DNA from: Podarcis erhardii
Taxonomy: Eukaryota
Strand: one strand, 5' to 3'
NCBI GenBank assembly: GCA_964252035.1
Contig: OZ176200.1
Length of the DNA stretch: 64,000 nt
Translations under genes and position numbers: made by a program
The notes under the pieces: model-generated
Told to the model about the DNA's origin: nothing
Databases searched by the model: none
What the model saw: the letters and a program-made list of their open reading frames with translations, nothing else
Shown here: one piece after another, positions 25,622 through 37,600 of the stretch
How positions within the stretch are numbered: position 1 is the first letter of the stretch
How the letters are laid out: the number at the start of each line of letters is the position of its first letter

Positions 25622-28600
25622 CAGTGCTTTTTTCTGGGGAGATGCAGGGGTACACATACCCCTAAACATTTTGTTAATCTAAGTTTGGCCTCATTGAGGG
25701 GCAGTATTTCAATATGAGTAGGAAAATGAGAGTACCCCTAAGCATTTTTTTTAGGAAAAAAGGCACTTGTTATTATCAATATTCCCTGCCTGTTTCCTTG
25801 ACTGGACTTAAGGTGGCTTACAGATAAAAATAAGAACCACTACCAACACAGAAAAACAATCATTAAAAAACAATTAAACATTGACAGAATTAAAGCTACC
25901 GTATATACATATCTAAACATCTGTTAAACCCATACCAATAATTACCATAAAAACAACACAGCACAGCCCTTTCACTAAAAGCAGTCAGTTCCCAAAATCC
26001 TGTTGGAACAAGAAAGTCTTCACCTGCTGGCTGAAAGACAAGAAGCAGGAAGCCAGCCTAGCTTCTCTAGGGAGGGAGCTCCAAAAAAAGCATGGGAGCA
26101 GCCACCGAGAAGGCCCTCTATTCCCTGAAAATTCAGTTTACAGGCAGTGAAAGGTTTAAAGATAACCTATGCCTCAGTTAGGATATACTCCTTGAGCATC
26201 TGATTAATAGCTAGGAAGTTGACAAGAAGAGGCAACAGGTGAACGGATCAAAGAAGTGGGCAATAATGCAAGATATAAGGTTACAGGAGTAGGAGGACCA
26301 GTTTTCTCTTGTGTGTGCCAACTACACAATCTGCCAGGTGATCGTCTGTTACTTCCTAGCAACACTCTATAGTTAGATAAGACATAAGATGTGAATTGCA
26401 GTTGCAGGGGACAGTGGGGAAAGAGTTACAGGATTTCTTCTATTTAAAAATAAAATAAAATACAGTACTTATAGGGATAAGGAGGAGGACCGTAAGAAAA
26501 TAAACCTTTGGCCATGGAAGGTTTAGAGCATGTGTTTGAGGGTGTCAGTTTGAGAATAGCCGATGTGGGAGTGGAAAACGTTATGCGGAGGTACACACCC
26601 ATGCTTATTAACTGCATTTATTTGGAAAACTCAGTGCCACATGCAACAGGAATTTGTGGGGGGGATGACAAAGTTTCCAAGCAAGACTTTGCAGCTTTAG
26701 AAATAGAAATGACCTAAAATTGACCTGCTATGCACTTGGGAGATCTAGAGAAAGAATCTTCTTAGGCACCTAAATGGGGATTTTACAAGCATACCTTCTG
26801 CCTTCTGTTTCTGGGTGTCTTGCCCCTGTTAGCAAGAAACCCCTCCCAGGAGTCCCGTTACATGTCCTCGTCTCCTTTCTTTTATAGAACCTCCCGTTTT
26901 TAGCAAGAAACCCAGCCCCATAGACACACTCAAGGGCTCCGATGTCACCCTTCAGTGTGAAATAGCAGGCACACCGCCATTCGAAGTCGTCTGGTTCAAG
27001 GACAGAAAGCAAGTCAGGAGCAGCAAGAAGTTCAAAGTGACAACCAAGAACTTCAGTGCCAGCGTCCACATTCTCAACCTCGAAGCGGCAGACCTTGGGG
27101 AATATCAGTGCAAAGCCACAAATGAGGTCGGAAGCGACACTTGCTCTTGTGCTGTGAAGTTCAAAGGTTAGTAATGAGTGCGACTGCGGTGCAAAGTCTG
27201 CGGGCACGCTTTCCTTTGCCTTTCTTTTGTGGCTTCCTTGCCACCTTCCTCTTACCGTAAGGAATTCTCTTCCCTGCCAGAACCTCCTCGGTTTGTTAAG
27301 AAGCTGAGCGAAACCTCCACCTATGCCGGGGAACCCACAGCACTGCGGGCCGTAGTAGAAGGCTCCCAACCCATTTCCGTCGTTTGGCTTAAGGACAAAG
27401 GCGAAATAATACGGGAAAGCGAAAACCTCAAGATTTCCTTTTCGGATAACATCGCAACTCTTCAGATTGCAAGTGCCGAAGCCATCAACAGCGGGAAGTA
27501 CATCTGCCAGATTAAAAATGATGCTGGAATGAGAGAATGCGCAGGGCATTTACAAGTTCTAGGTTGGTACAGGCAACCATCCCCTTCTAAAGAATTGAAT
27601 CTTGGCTGCCTTGGCCATTGCAGCTAATTTGCTTCTTAAGTCTTGGTTTTCTCGAAACTCAAGTTTTCTGGATTGTCTCCCTCATTCCAGAGCCGGCTGT
27701 GATTTTAGAGAAGCCCGAGCCCATGACGGTGACTTCTGGCAATGCTTTTACTCTGGAGTGCACGGTGGGTGGTACTCCAGAGCTAATTACCAAGTGGTTT
27801 AAGGACGGAAGAGAACTCACCAACAGCCGCAAGCACCAAATCAGCTTTTCCAACAAGGTGGCGACACTTAAAGTTATCTCCGCAGACATGAATGACAGGG
27901 GATTGTACACTTTTGAAGTACACAATGAAGTGGGGAAAAGCAGCTGCACTTCCTCCGTCGACATTTCAGGTTAGCTTGGGATCTTTCTCGTTTCTCAGTT
28001 GCCCTTCTCTTCTGTCGTTTCTCCTCTTAAAAGTTGGCTCTTTGTTGCCTTTTCCTACCCAGACCACGTCGTCCCTCCTTCTTTTATAAGAAGATTGAAA
28101 GAAACCTTTGGCGTGCAGGGCTCCTCAGTTGTTTTGGAGTGTAAAGTTGCCGGCTCCCTTCCTATTTCAGTCACTTGGTTTTATGGAGGAAATGAAATTT
28201 TCCCAGGGGACAAATACGAAACCGGCTTTTCAGATAATGTCTGTGCTTTGAAGGTGAATGCTCTGGACTCGTCTGATACAGGTCCCTACACCTGTGCTGC
28301 CCAGAATGTAGCCGGCTCTGAAGAATGCAGTGCCTTTTTGACAGTGCAAGGTCAGTAAAGGATAGACAAGGCATCCGTTGCAAATCTTTCCCGTGCGTGT
28401 TTATCTTGCTTTCTTGACAACCTGTTTTATACAGATGTTAGCTACCTGGCACATTTGCGTTAACTTTTTAAATGTTGTGTGTAATTCTAGAACCACCCTC
28501 TTTTGCAAAGACACCAGACCCGCTGGAGGTTTTACCTGGAATGAGTGTAACGTTCAGGAGTCTGATTAGGGGAACTCCTCCATTCAAAGTGAACTGGTTT

Positions 28601-31600
28601 AAGGGGAGTAGAGAACTGGTGCCAGGGAAAACCTGCAACATCACCTTGGCAGATTCATCTGCGGAGCTGGAATTGTTCGAAGTGGGACCACTCCAGACCG
28701 GAGATTACACCTGCCTTGCCACAAACGATGCTGGCAGTGCTTCTTGCACCACACATCTTTTTGTAAAAGGTTTGTCCAAATGCTATTATTATGGCATGTA
28801 CACATGTTAAGTGTGCGTGCACGTCTGTGTGATATACACACCCACATAGAGAGACGCCCATATTGCAGTTCTTGGTTTAACCACTTCTTTCATATGACTT
28901 TATCTTAGAGCCTGCTGTGTTTGTGAAGAAGCTGAGCGATTTCAGCGTAGAACATGGGAAATCCATAATTCTAGAAAGCACATTCAGCGGAACTCCTCCA
29001 CTCGCAGTAACGTGGAAGAAGAACGGCTTAAACATCACACAGTCTCCAAAATGCAATATAACCACCACAGAAAAATCAGGCATTCTGGAAATTCTTAATA
29101 GTTCTACAGAAGATGAAGGAGAATATATCTGTGAAGTTGCAAATGATGCTGGGGAGGATGTATGTCACGCCCTGGTATCAATCATAGGTGTGTTGTTGTC
29201 TTAATAGTTGGTTAACCATTCTTGTACTAATTGCCATCTTCTGATGTGCTTAGATTGACTGTGGGTATTGACTATGATTATTTCTGCTGCAGAACCGCCT
29301 CATTTTGTTAAGCACTTGGATCACTTGGAGGTGACCATCGGAGAGCCTGCAACTTTACAGTGCCAAGTGGCTGGAACACCGGAAATTAAAGTGTCATGGT
29401 ACAAAGGAGATACCAAACTAAGATCTACACAGGCTTATAAAATGCACTTCAAGAACAATGTGGCTTCACTTGCTTTCAGCCGGGTAGAGAACGCTGACAT
29501 TGGCGAATACACCTGCAAAGCAGAAAACAGCGTTGGGTTTGCTACTTCAATGACAACAATCACCATCAAAGGTGATGGCTCTTTTTAAAATAATTGACCC
29601 TTGTCATATTACACACAACGTTTGTGTGTAATATGCTGAAGTGTGTGACCCACTTGAATCACAGGCATGGTGACGGGGCTCTCAGCATGTCCACAAGCTG
29701 CTTTGCTGAGCTGTAAGGAGACTGAGATATCTCTGAGTTCTTCCTGTGTCTCTGTGCAGCCTTCCTTCCTTTCTCCAAACCCTGAAAATTACTGAACTTG
29801 CATGAGTTTGAAAGGATGGTGGTATGGGAGGCACACACAGACCTCCTATTCCCTGTGTGTGCCCATATGGGTGGGGGGCATGAGGGCTTAGGAACAGAGA
29901 ACATGGCTCTGTTTATTTTTATTGGAATTCTCCACATGTGCAGGGCATACTGGCCCAGGTATTCTTTTTAGTCTTCTTGCATGGCCAGTTATCATACCCT
30001 GCAATTTATTTTTTTGCAGATGTTAAACTTCCTCCTTCATTCACAAGAAAACTGAAAGACGTGCAGGAGACTCTTGGTTCTCCTATAGCCTTTGACTGCC
30101 GCATTGTTGGCTCTGAGCCACTTGAAGTGTCTTGGTCGAAGGATGGGGTGCAGCTGAGAGATGATGACAACATTCAAACCACCTTCTTAAGCAATATAGC
30201 GACGCTTCAGATCTTGCAAACCTCCATGGCTCACGCTGGCCAGTACACTTGCACAGCTCACAATGCTCTTGGGACTGCTTCTTCCAGTGCCAAGCTCCTA
30301 CTCACAGGTTTGTAAACAACTAAGTCCGAAGTTGTTGCATGCTGGTTCAGTTTTAAAGAACGTGAACAAGTCACAGGGCCGTAACAACAGGCTAAGAGTT
30401 TGCTGTTTGAAGGGAAGGCAATACGTCCTGCCATGCCTTTTCACTTTTTGATTTTCTTTCTTTTCCTTAGAACACCTGAAACCACCATTCTTTGATGTGA
30501 AGCCTTTGCCCCTTGACGTTGCTCTTGGGGAAAGTGGTTCTTTCAAGTGTCATGTCACAGGTTCAGTGCCAATGAAAGTCAGCTGGGCAAAAGATAACCG
30601 TGAGATCCGCCCTGGTGGCAATTACAAGATTACACTGGTAGAAAACACTGCCACACTGACCATTCTTAAAGTGGGCAAAGGTGATGGTGGACTGTATACT
30701 TGTTATGCAAGCAACAGTGCTGGGAAGGATTCTTGTGGCGCTCAGCTGAGTTTCAAAGGTAATTTGATGGAAAGTGCTGTCCTTTCTTCTTCTTCTTCTT
30801 CTTCTTCTTCTTCTTCTTCTTCTTCTTCTTTCCCCCCATTTTGTAAAATATAAATAAAGACATGTTTGAATCTTCCAGCTAAAATGGGCACAAGTGGGTG
30901 CCATTCTGTATCTAGAGTAGCAGCTGATAAAAATCTTCTTGAAGTTATTTTCTTGACCATATTAATACCACACCGGGGTTTTCGTTTATTGCTTACAAGC
31001 CTGTTTAAAATTAGCAGCCTGTGGAAATTTATTAGGCCGTAAACAGGCTGAACATAGACTCTCCTTTTAATATGTGACACTTGAGTTGTGGTATCATGTT
31101 TTCCACTGAAGTGCCATTAAGCTGGGAAATCTGTGATCCAGAATCAGAAAAAAGACTTGGTGTTTATTTGTGTGATAAGAAAATACAGTGTTGTATCCAG
31201 TCTTCTCTCTCCATTGATAGAAGGCTCTTGGGTCCACAGGAGGCTTCCATCAGTGGAACAGGGAGGGAGGTGAAGTCAAGCAATTCTCCCTCCCCGCAGT
31301 CCACAACCTCTCATACCACCTTTCACTATGTTTCAAAGGATCCCCCAACCCTCTGGAACACTTTTGATGGGTGCCTGGGGCTGCTGATGGGAGGGGAAAT
31401 TGCAAACATTTCCTTCTCATTCTTCCAATGGAATCTTCCACTCAATCAGTCCAGTGGAGGGACACCACTGGATTGCAACCCATGCAGCCATTATTTAAAT
31501 GGGCAAGAGCATTATGAACTTCCATAACTTTAACTGGACATAGACAAGCTTTAGGGAAAACTTCAGGCCGGATCTGAAATCATATTACATAGAGAAATCA

Positions 31601-34600
31601 GCCTTCAGATGTTGCACGTTTAGAAGGAATCTGAGTGGCTATTGATGTAAACAGGCCTGCTGAGTTGTTTCTATCAAGGCCCTTGGCATTGTATGAATAG
31701 CTTTCCCCAGCATGATAATGCAACAATAGGGGAAGCTTTACCTGCTGAATACCCTCCTAATGCACAGTTGTCAAAGGCACAAAATCACTGCTCCCCTGCC
31801 TAATCTCAGAATACTAGGCTAGATTTAGAAGTAAGCCCCATTCCGCAGAGAATGTGTATGGAAGGCATGTTCGGCCAGGTCCATTGCATTTCCCTAGCCT
31901 GGTACAGTGCAGTAGTGATGGTAGATGCCAATTCCTGGCTGTCTCCATGCATTCTAGGAGGAACGCAAGGATGGAAGAGGAGCAAAATGTTGCTGGGGTA
32001 GTGAGCAACATTGACAGCCTCCTTCTTAAAGTTGGAAGGGAGGCTCAAGCAAATAGATCACAGTGTGGGTTACTAACTCTGGATAAAGTATTTGCAACGG
32101 TATGTGCACAAGAGTTCCGCTGGATCAGATCAAAAGGTTCTCTAGTCCAGCATCGTCTTTCCCACAGAGGCCAATCAGATGTCTCTGGGAATTCCATAAA
32201 CAGGAGATGAGGGCAATAGCTCTCTCCCACTGTTTCCCTCCAGCCATTTCTATTTGGAGGCTTGCTGCCTCTGATCTGATCATGGAGGTAGCCTACAGCC
32301 ATCATGACTTCCATCCATTGAGGGCCTAATCCTCTGTGGTTATATTTATCAGTTGTATTTCTCCTTTTTTGTCTTAGTGTAGTGTTGCATATAATGGAGA
32401 TAATTTAAATTTTACAAGGAGGGGCTGATAGAATCCCCTGTGCTTCCATGTGTTCTTCTCCAGTCTTTTTATCATACCACCACCATGAAATATACTTCTG
32501 AGGCAGATGTGGTTTGAACTGTTCTTGAGTGCTCTATGACTTGGCTTGTAAGGGATCAGTTTGCCTCCGTAGATTGACCGTAAACTCTTTGCCAGTACAC
32601 TTTGATAGCTAATATAGATGACACACATTCCTGAGATCTTGCAAAATTAACACAAGCAATTTTATGTATTCATTTCCTTTCCTTGTTGTTGTTTTTTAAT
32701 AGAGCCACCAAGGTTTATTAAGAAGTTAGACTCCTCCAGGGTTGTGAAAGAGCACGATTCGACTAGATTTGAATGCAGAATAGGTGGCTCTCCAGAAATT
32801 AACATTGTGTGGTACAAGGGTGAAACTCAAATTCATCCCAGTGACAAATTCAGCATGTCATTCATCGATTCTGTGGCAGTCATTGAAATGCACGGTCTGA
32901 GTGTTGAAGACAGTGGAGACTACACTTGCGAAGCCCAAAATGCAGCGGGTAGTGCGAACAGCAGTACTTCACTGAAAGTGAAAGGTCAGAACCTGCCCTT
33001 CCTTTGCTTTCTCTACCCTTCCTGTTGTAGAAGGTTGCTAGGGCTTGCCGTCTCCTACTAAGCAAGCCAATATTGGTTTCCATTAAAGGCCACTAGTAGG
33101 CCCCTTTATTTGGAATGGGAAATTTCCTTTGCATGTCTCTTCTCTCCCATTTCATTGCAATCCTTCATTCTTAATGGTGTGCTCTCTGTTCTTTCAAACG
33201 TTGCTCCTTTGCATTTAACAGAAATCCAAACCTCCTCTTTTGTAGCTCCTCCTGTTTTCCGCAAGAAACCGCGGCCAGTAGAGGCTCTGAAAGGTTTCGA
33301 TGTTCACCTTGAATGTGAGCTTCAAGGCACTTCTCCCTTCCATGTTTCATGGTACAAAGATAAAAGAGAAATAAGAAGCAGCAAAAAGTACAAGATATCA
33401 TCTGAGAATTACCTTGCTAGCATTCACATTCTCAACGTTGATGCGGCAGACGTTGGGGAATATCACTGTAAAGCTGTCAATGATGTGGGAAGTGACACTT
33501 GCATCTGTTCTGTGATGCTGAAAGGTTTGTAAAAGACTTTCCATTGCCATGTTTCCCCCGGCCGCTCCAGGTTTTTAAAATCTTACTCTCTTTTCCATCA
33601 CTTACATATTTTCCACCTCTTGATCAGGACCCCCAAGGTTTGTGAAGAAACTTAATGATACCACTGCCGTTGTTGGGGATCCAGCAGAACTGCAAGCTAC
33701 GGTAGAAGGTTCTGAGCCGATTTCTGTTGTTTGGATGAAAGACAAAGGTGAAATCATCAGAGAAAGTGAAAATGTCTGGATGTCATATTCCGATAAAGTT
33801 GCCATCCTTCAGGTTGTAAATGCAGAACCAAGCAACACTGGGAAATATACCTGCCAGATTAAAAATGATGCCGGAAGTCAGGAGTGTTTTGCTACTTTAT
33901 CAGTTCTAGGTTGGTATAGAGTAAAAACAACAACAACACAAAAGCATGCTGAAGAATAAATATTTTAACATATTAACATCTTATTTACAAATGTGACTCG
34001 TTTTGCATCTTATTCCAGAGCCAGCATCTATAGTGGAGAAACCAGGACCAATGAAAGTCACAACTGGAGATTCTTGTACTTTGGAGTGTACTGTAGCTGG
34101 GACACCAGAGCTGACTGCTCGGTGGTTCAAGAACGGACATGAGCTCTCTTCCGACCACAAATACAAAATCACTTTCTTCAACAAAGTAGCTGGGCTTAAG
34201 ATTCTGAATACAGGAGTAGAGGACAGTGGAGAATATACGTTTGAGGTGAAAAACAATGTAGGCCAAAGCAGTTGCAAAGCATCAGTCCAGGTTTCAGGTT
34301 AGTTGAATGACTTGGGAATATCCCATCTGCGTCTTGATATATGGACTTATCTAATTCAGTGATTTCATATACTGCTTAACCACTGAAATTTCCAAGTGCT
34401 GTATGATCAAACCAGACAGCGGATAAAATAAATTTAAGTGGATGATTAAAGATGGAAAGCTTCCTTAAAATGCCTACTGAAATAAGGAGGTCTTCAAAAA
34501 GTGCCTGATGTTGAACAGAGAGCGGGCTGCTCTAATGTTGGCTAGGAGAGAGTTCCACATAATTGGGTCCACAATACTGGATGTGGAGACAAGGAGAAGC

Positions 34601-37600
34601 CATGGACATGCCTCTAAAATGAAGAGAGTGCATATGTCTGCTTTCAAGATCCATCTCAAACTTCTTATGCCAATAAATAGTTTAATTATTGTTAAGCCCT
34701 TGGGAATCTATTACTTTTTTTAACTAAATAAAAAAGCCTGTGAAGACAAGCCATAACGTTTCTACCTTTCCTTTGTGCTCCTCAGATCGCATTATACCAC
34801 CTTCATTCACAAAGAAGCTGAAGGAAACACATGGGCTCTTGGGTTCATCTGCTGTACTTGAGTGCAAAGTAATTGGGTCACCTCCCATTTCTGTCTTTTG
34901 GTTCCATGACGGAGAAGAGATCACTAGTGGAGAAAAGTATCAAGCAACTCTTACAGATAACACTTGCTCTTTAAGAGTGAATGCTGTTCAAGAGTCAGAT
35001 GCTGGAAATTACATTTGCACAGCAACTAATGTAGCTGGATCTGATGAATGTGATGCATATTTCATTGTCAGAGGTAAATACTGAAACTTGGGTAGATAAT
35101 AAGAACAGGATATCAGTTTTAAAAAAACAAAACAAAACCATGTTCCTTATATTCTTTATATCTTTTGTAAATGCAGCTGCTTGCCTTTCAACCATAACTA
35201 TGTTACATTAACCTCTTTTTACGTATGTCTAGAACCTCCATCTTTTGTGAAGAAACCAGAACCTCTGCAAGTTTTATCTGGGGCAAATATAACTTTCACA
35301 AGTATCATTAAAGGAAGCCTTCCCCTTGATGTGAAATGGTTTAGGGGTAGCGTTGAACTATCCCCAGGACATAGATGTAACATCTCTCTGGAAGAATCAG
35401 TGGCTGAACTGGAGCTGTTTGATGTACTCCCAGCCCAAAGTGGAGACTATACTTGCATTGTTAGTAATGAAGCTGGCAAAATCTCTTGCACAACCCAACT
35501 CTTTGTAAAAGGTTTGTTCTTTGTTTCGGCTTCCTTTGTTTACACTGGAACAAAATCCCAAATCTCAGGCAATTATCTTAAACGTTTGCTCTCATGTTAT
35601 TTCTGATAGAACCAGCGAAATTTGTGAAGAAACTGAATGACTTCAATGTTGAGAAAGGAAAGCAATTAATCCTGGAATGTACATATACTGGGACACCTCC
35701 TATTGCAGTGTCCTGGAGGAAAAATGCTATAAATATAGCACAGTCAGAAAAATACAGTATCACCACTACTGAAACATCTGCCATACTTGAGATCTCTAGT
35801 AGCAAACTGGACGATGCTGGGCTGTATTCTTGCCATATAGAAAATGACTCGGGACAAGATAATTCACAGTCTACGGTCTCAATACTAGGTTTGTAGATTG
35901 TTTTAAAAGTGACCGCCCTTTTTCATTAACTTTATGGTTGTTGTGACATGTGGAAGGGTCTGACTGGTTTTGTAACTGAGTCTGTGTGCTTATTCTTTAG
36001 AACCACCTTATTTTGTCAGAAGCCTGGAACCTACTCAGGTGACAGTAGGGGATTCTGCATCATTGCAGTGCCAAATTGCGGGCACACCAGAAATCACTGT
36101 GTCGTGGTACAAAGGAGACACCAAACTGAGAGCAACTGCTACCTCTAAAATGCACTTTAAAAACCAAGTTGCCACGCTGGTGTTCACTCAGCTGGGTAGC
36201 AACGATGGTGGAGAGTATATTTGCAAAGCAGAAAATAGTATTGGAGAAGCTTCCTGTTCAGCACTGCTCACTGTTCAAGGTGAATATGGCAATATGCTTT
36301 TGAAAGCCCCAGGGACAAATGATTTATTGCTCTTTTAAAATGTGCCCGTGCGTCAGAACAGGAATTGTATTCTATGCCGTGACCCCGGACTTCCTTATTC
36401 TTGTGCCTTCGCGGTGGTGTGTGCTCATGATGGTGTTATAGCAGTGATCTGGCTTTCAAAACTGCTTGTGCCCACAAAGTTTTGACAGTGGACATGCTGC
36501 TTCTTTCCAATCCATGCACATCCCATGGGTCCTGCTAAAATCCTGTAACTTTTCATGCCACACGTTTCATGTAGCATAGGGGGTTTTGTCCCACTTTTGC
36601 AGTGCTGTGGTGCAAGAGTGTCTCTCCAGGTTATCAATGAGGGGGTAACACACTGGAAAAGCATGGCATGGCAGGTAATAATGACCGCTCCCCGCATAAA
36701 ACGGGGGGCGCCCTTTGCGTGGACGTGCGCAGCCCCTGGATCTGTAGCGGCTCCATTAGCATAGGCTTGGCTTTGCCTTCCCTCAGGTGGGATACCTGGA
36801 GGTCTCCGCCTACCCCAGTCAGTTGTCCAATCCCACCTGGGGGAAGCGTTGCCAAGGAGATCAGGCCAGGTAGGGGAGGGATTACCTGCCCACACAATAA
36901 TATGGAATAATGTGTGGACAGTTTAAATCCATCACTATTGCACTATTATTGATGGCATGGTGCAGAATATATCTGCCCAAGATCCCCATGTTTCTACCTA
37001 TTCTTTATTCCTCAACAGCAAGTTTCCATAGATTTAATATAAACAAGTTATGATGCTTCACTATAGAACCATCTGTGTCATGGACCTGACTAGAACTTCT
37101 CTATGCTATAACTTCATTCCTGCCCACAGGATTCAATCTTTCTGTTCTTGCTAATAGTGAATAATCAAACATCGGCTAATCTTTAAAAATGAATTCCATC
37201 TTCTATGCCATTCACTGTTTATCAGTAATGTTTGAAAAAAAGACAATGACTCCTGTTCAACTTTAGCAGCCAATTAAGCTAATTCTCACTTATTTTAATG
37301 GGATTTAGGCATCACTGCCTTTAGCTAGATTGGGGACATATGTTGCTACAAATGTGCATACTATTTACCTCTATGAAAAAATCTTAAGCAATGGAAATAT
37401 AGTACAACAGCTGAAACATTTGGTCAACAACACTCCAATGTACAATATTTGTTCCCTTGCAGAGCTTAAACTTCCTCCTTCATTTTCCCGGAAATTAAGA
37501 GATATTCACGAAACTGTTGGATTACCAATTACATTTGATTGTGGCATTACTGGTTCTGAACCCATTGAAGTAACCTGGTATAAAGATGGCGCACAAATAA

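Noticed and set aside
26770-27549. 259-aa minus-strand ORF
   Set aside because: It is antisense to the I59/I60 exons and spans their introns, with no recognisable domain; the local GC/CpG richness explains the lack of stops. It is a shadow ORF.
30563-31080. Poly-Arg, poly-Ser and poly-Glu ORFs
   Set aside because: These are translations of the intronic (TCT)n microsatellite.
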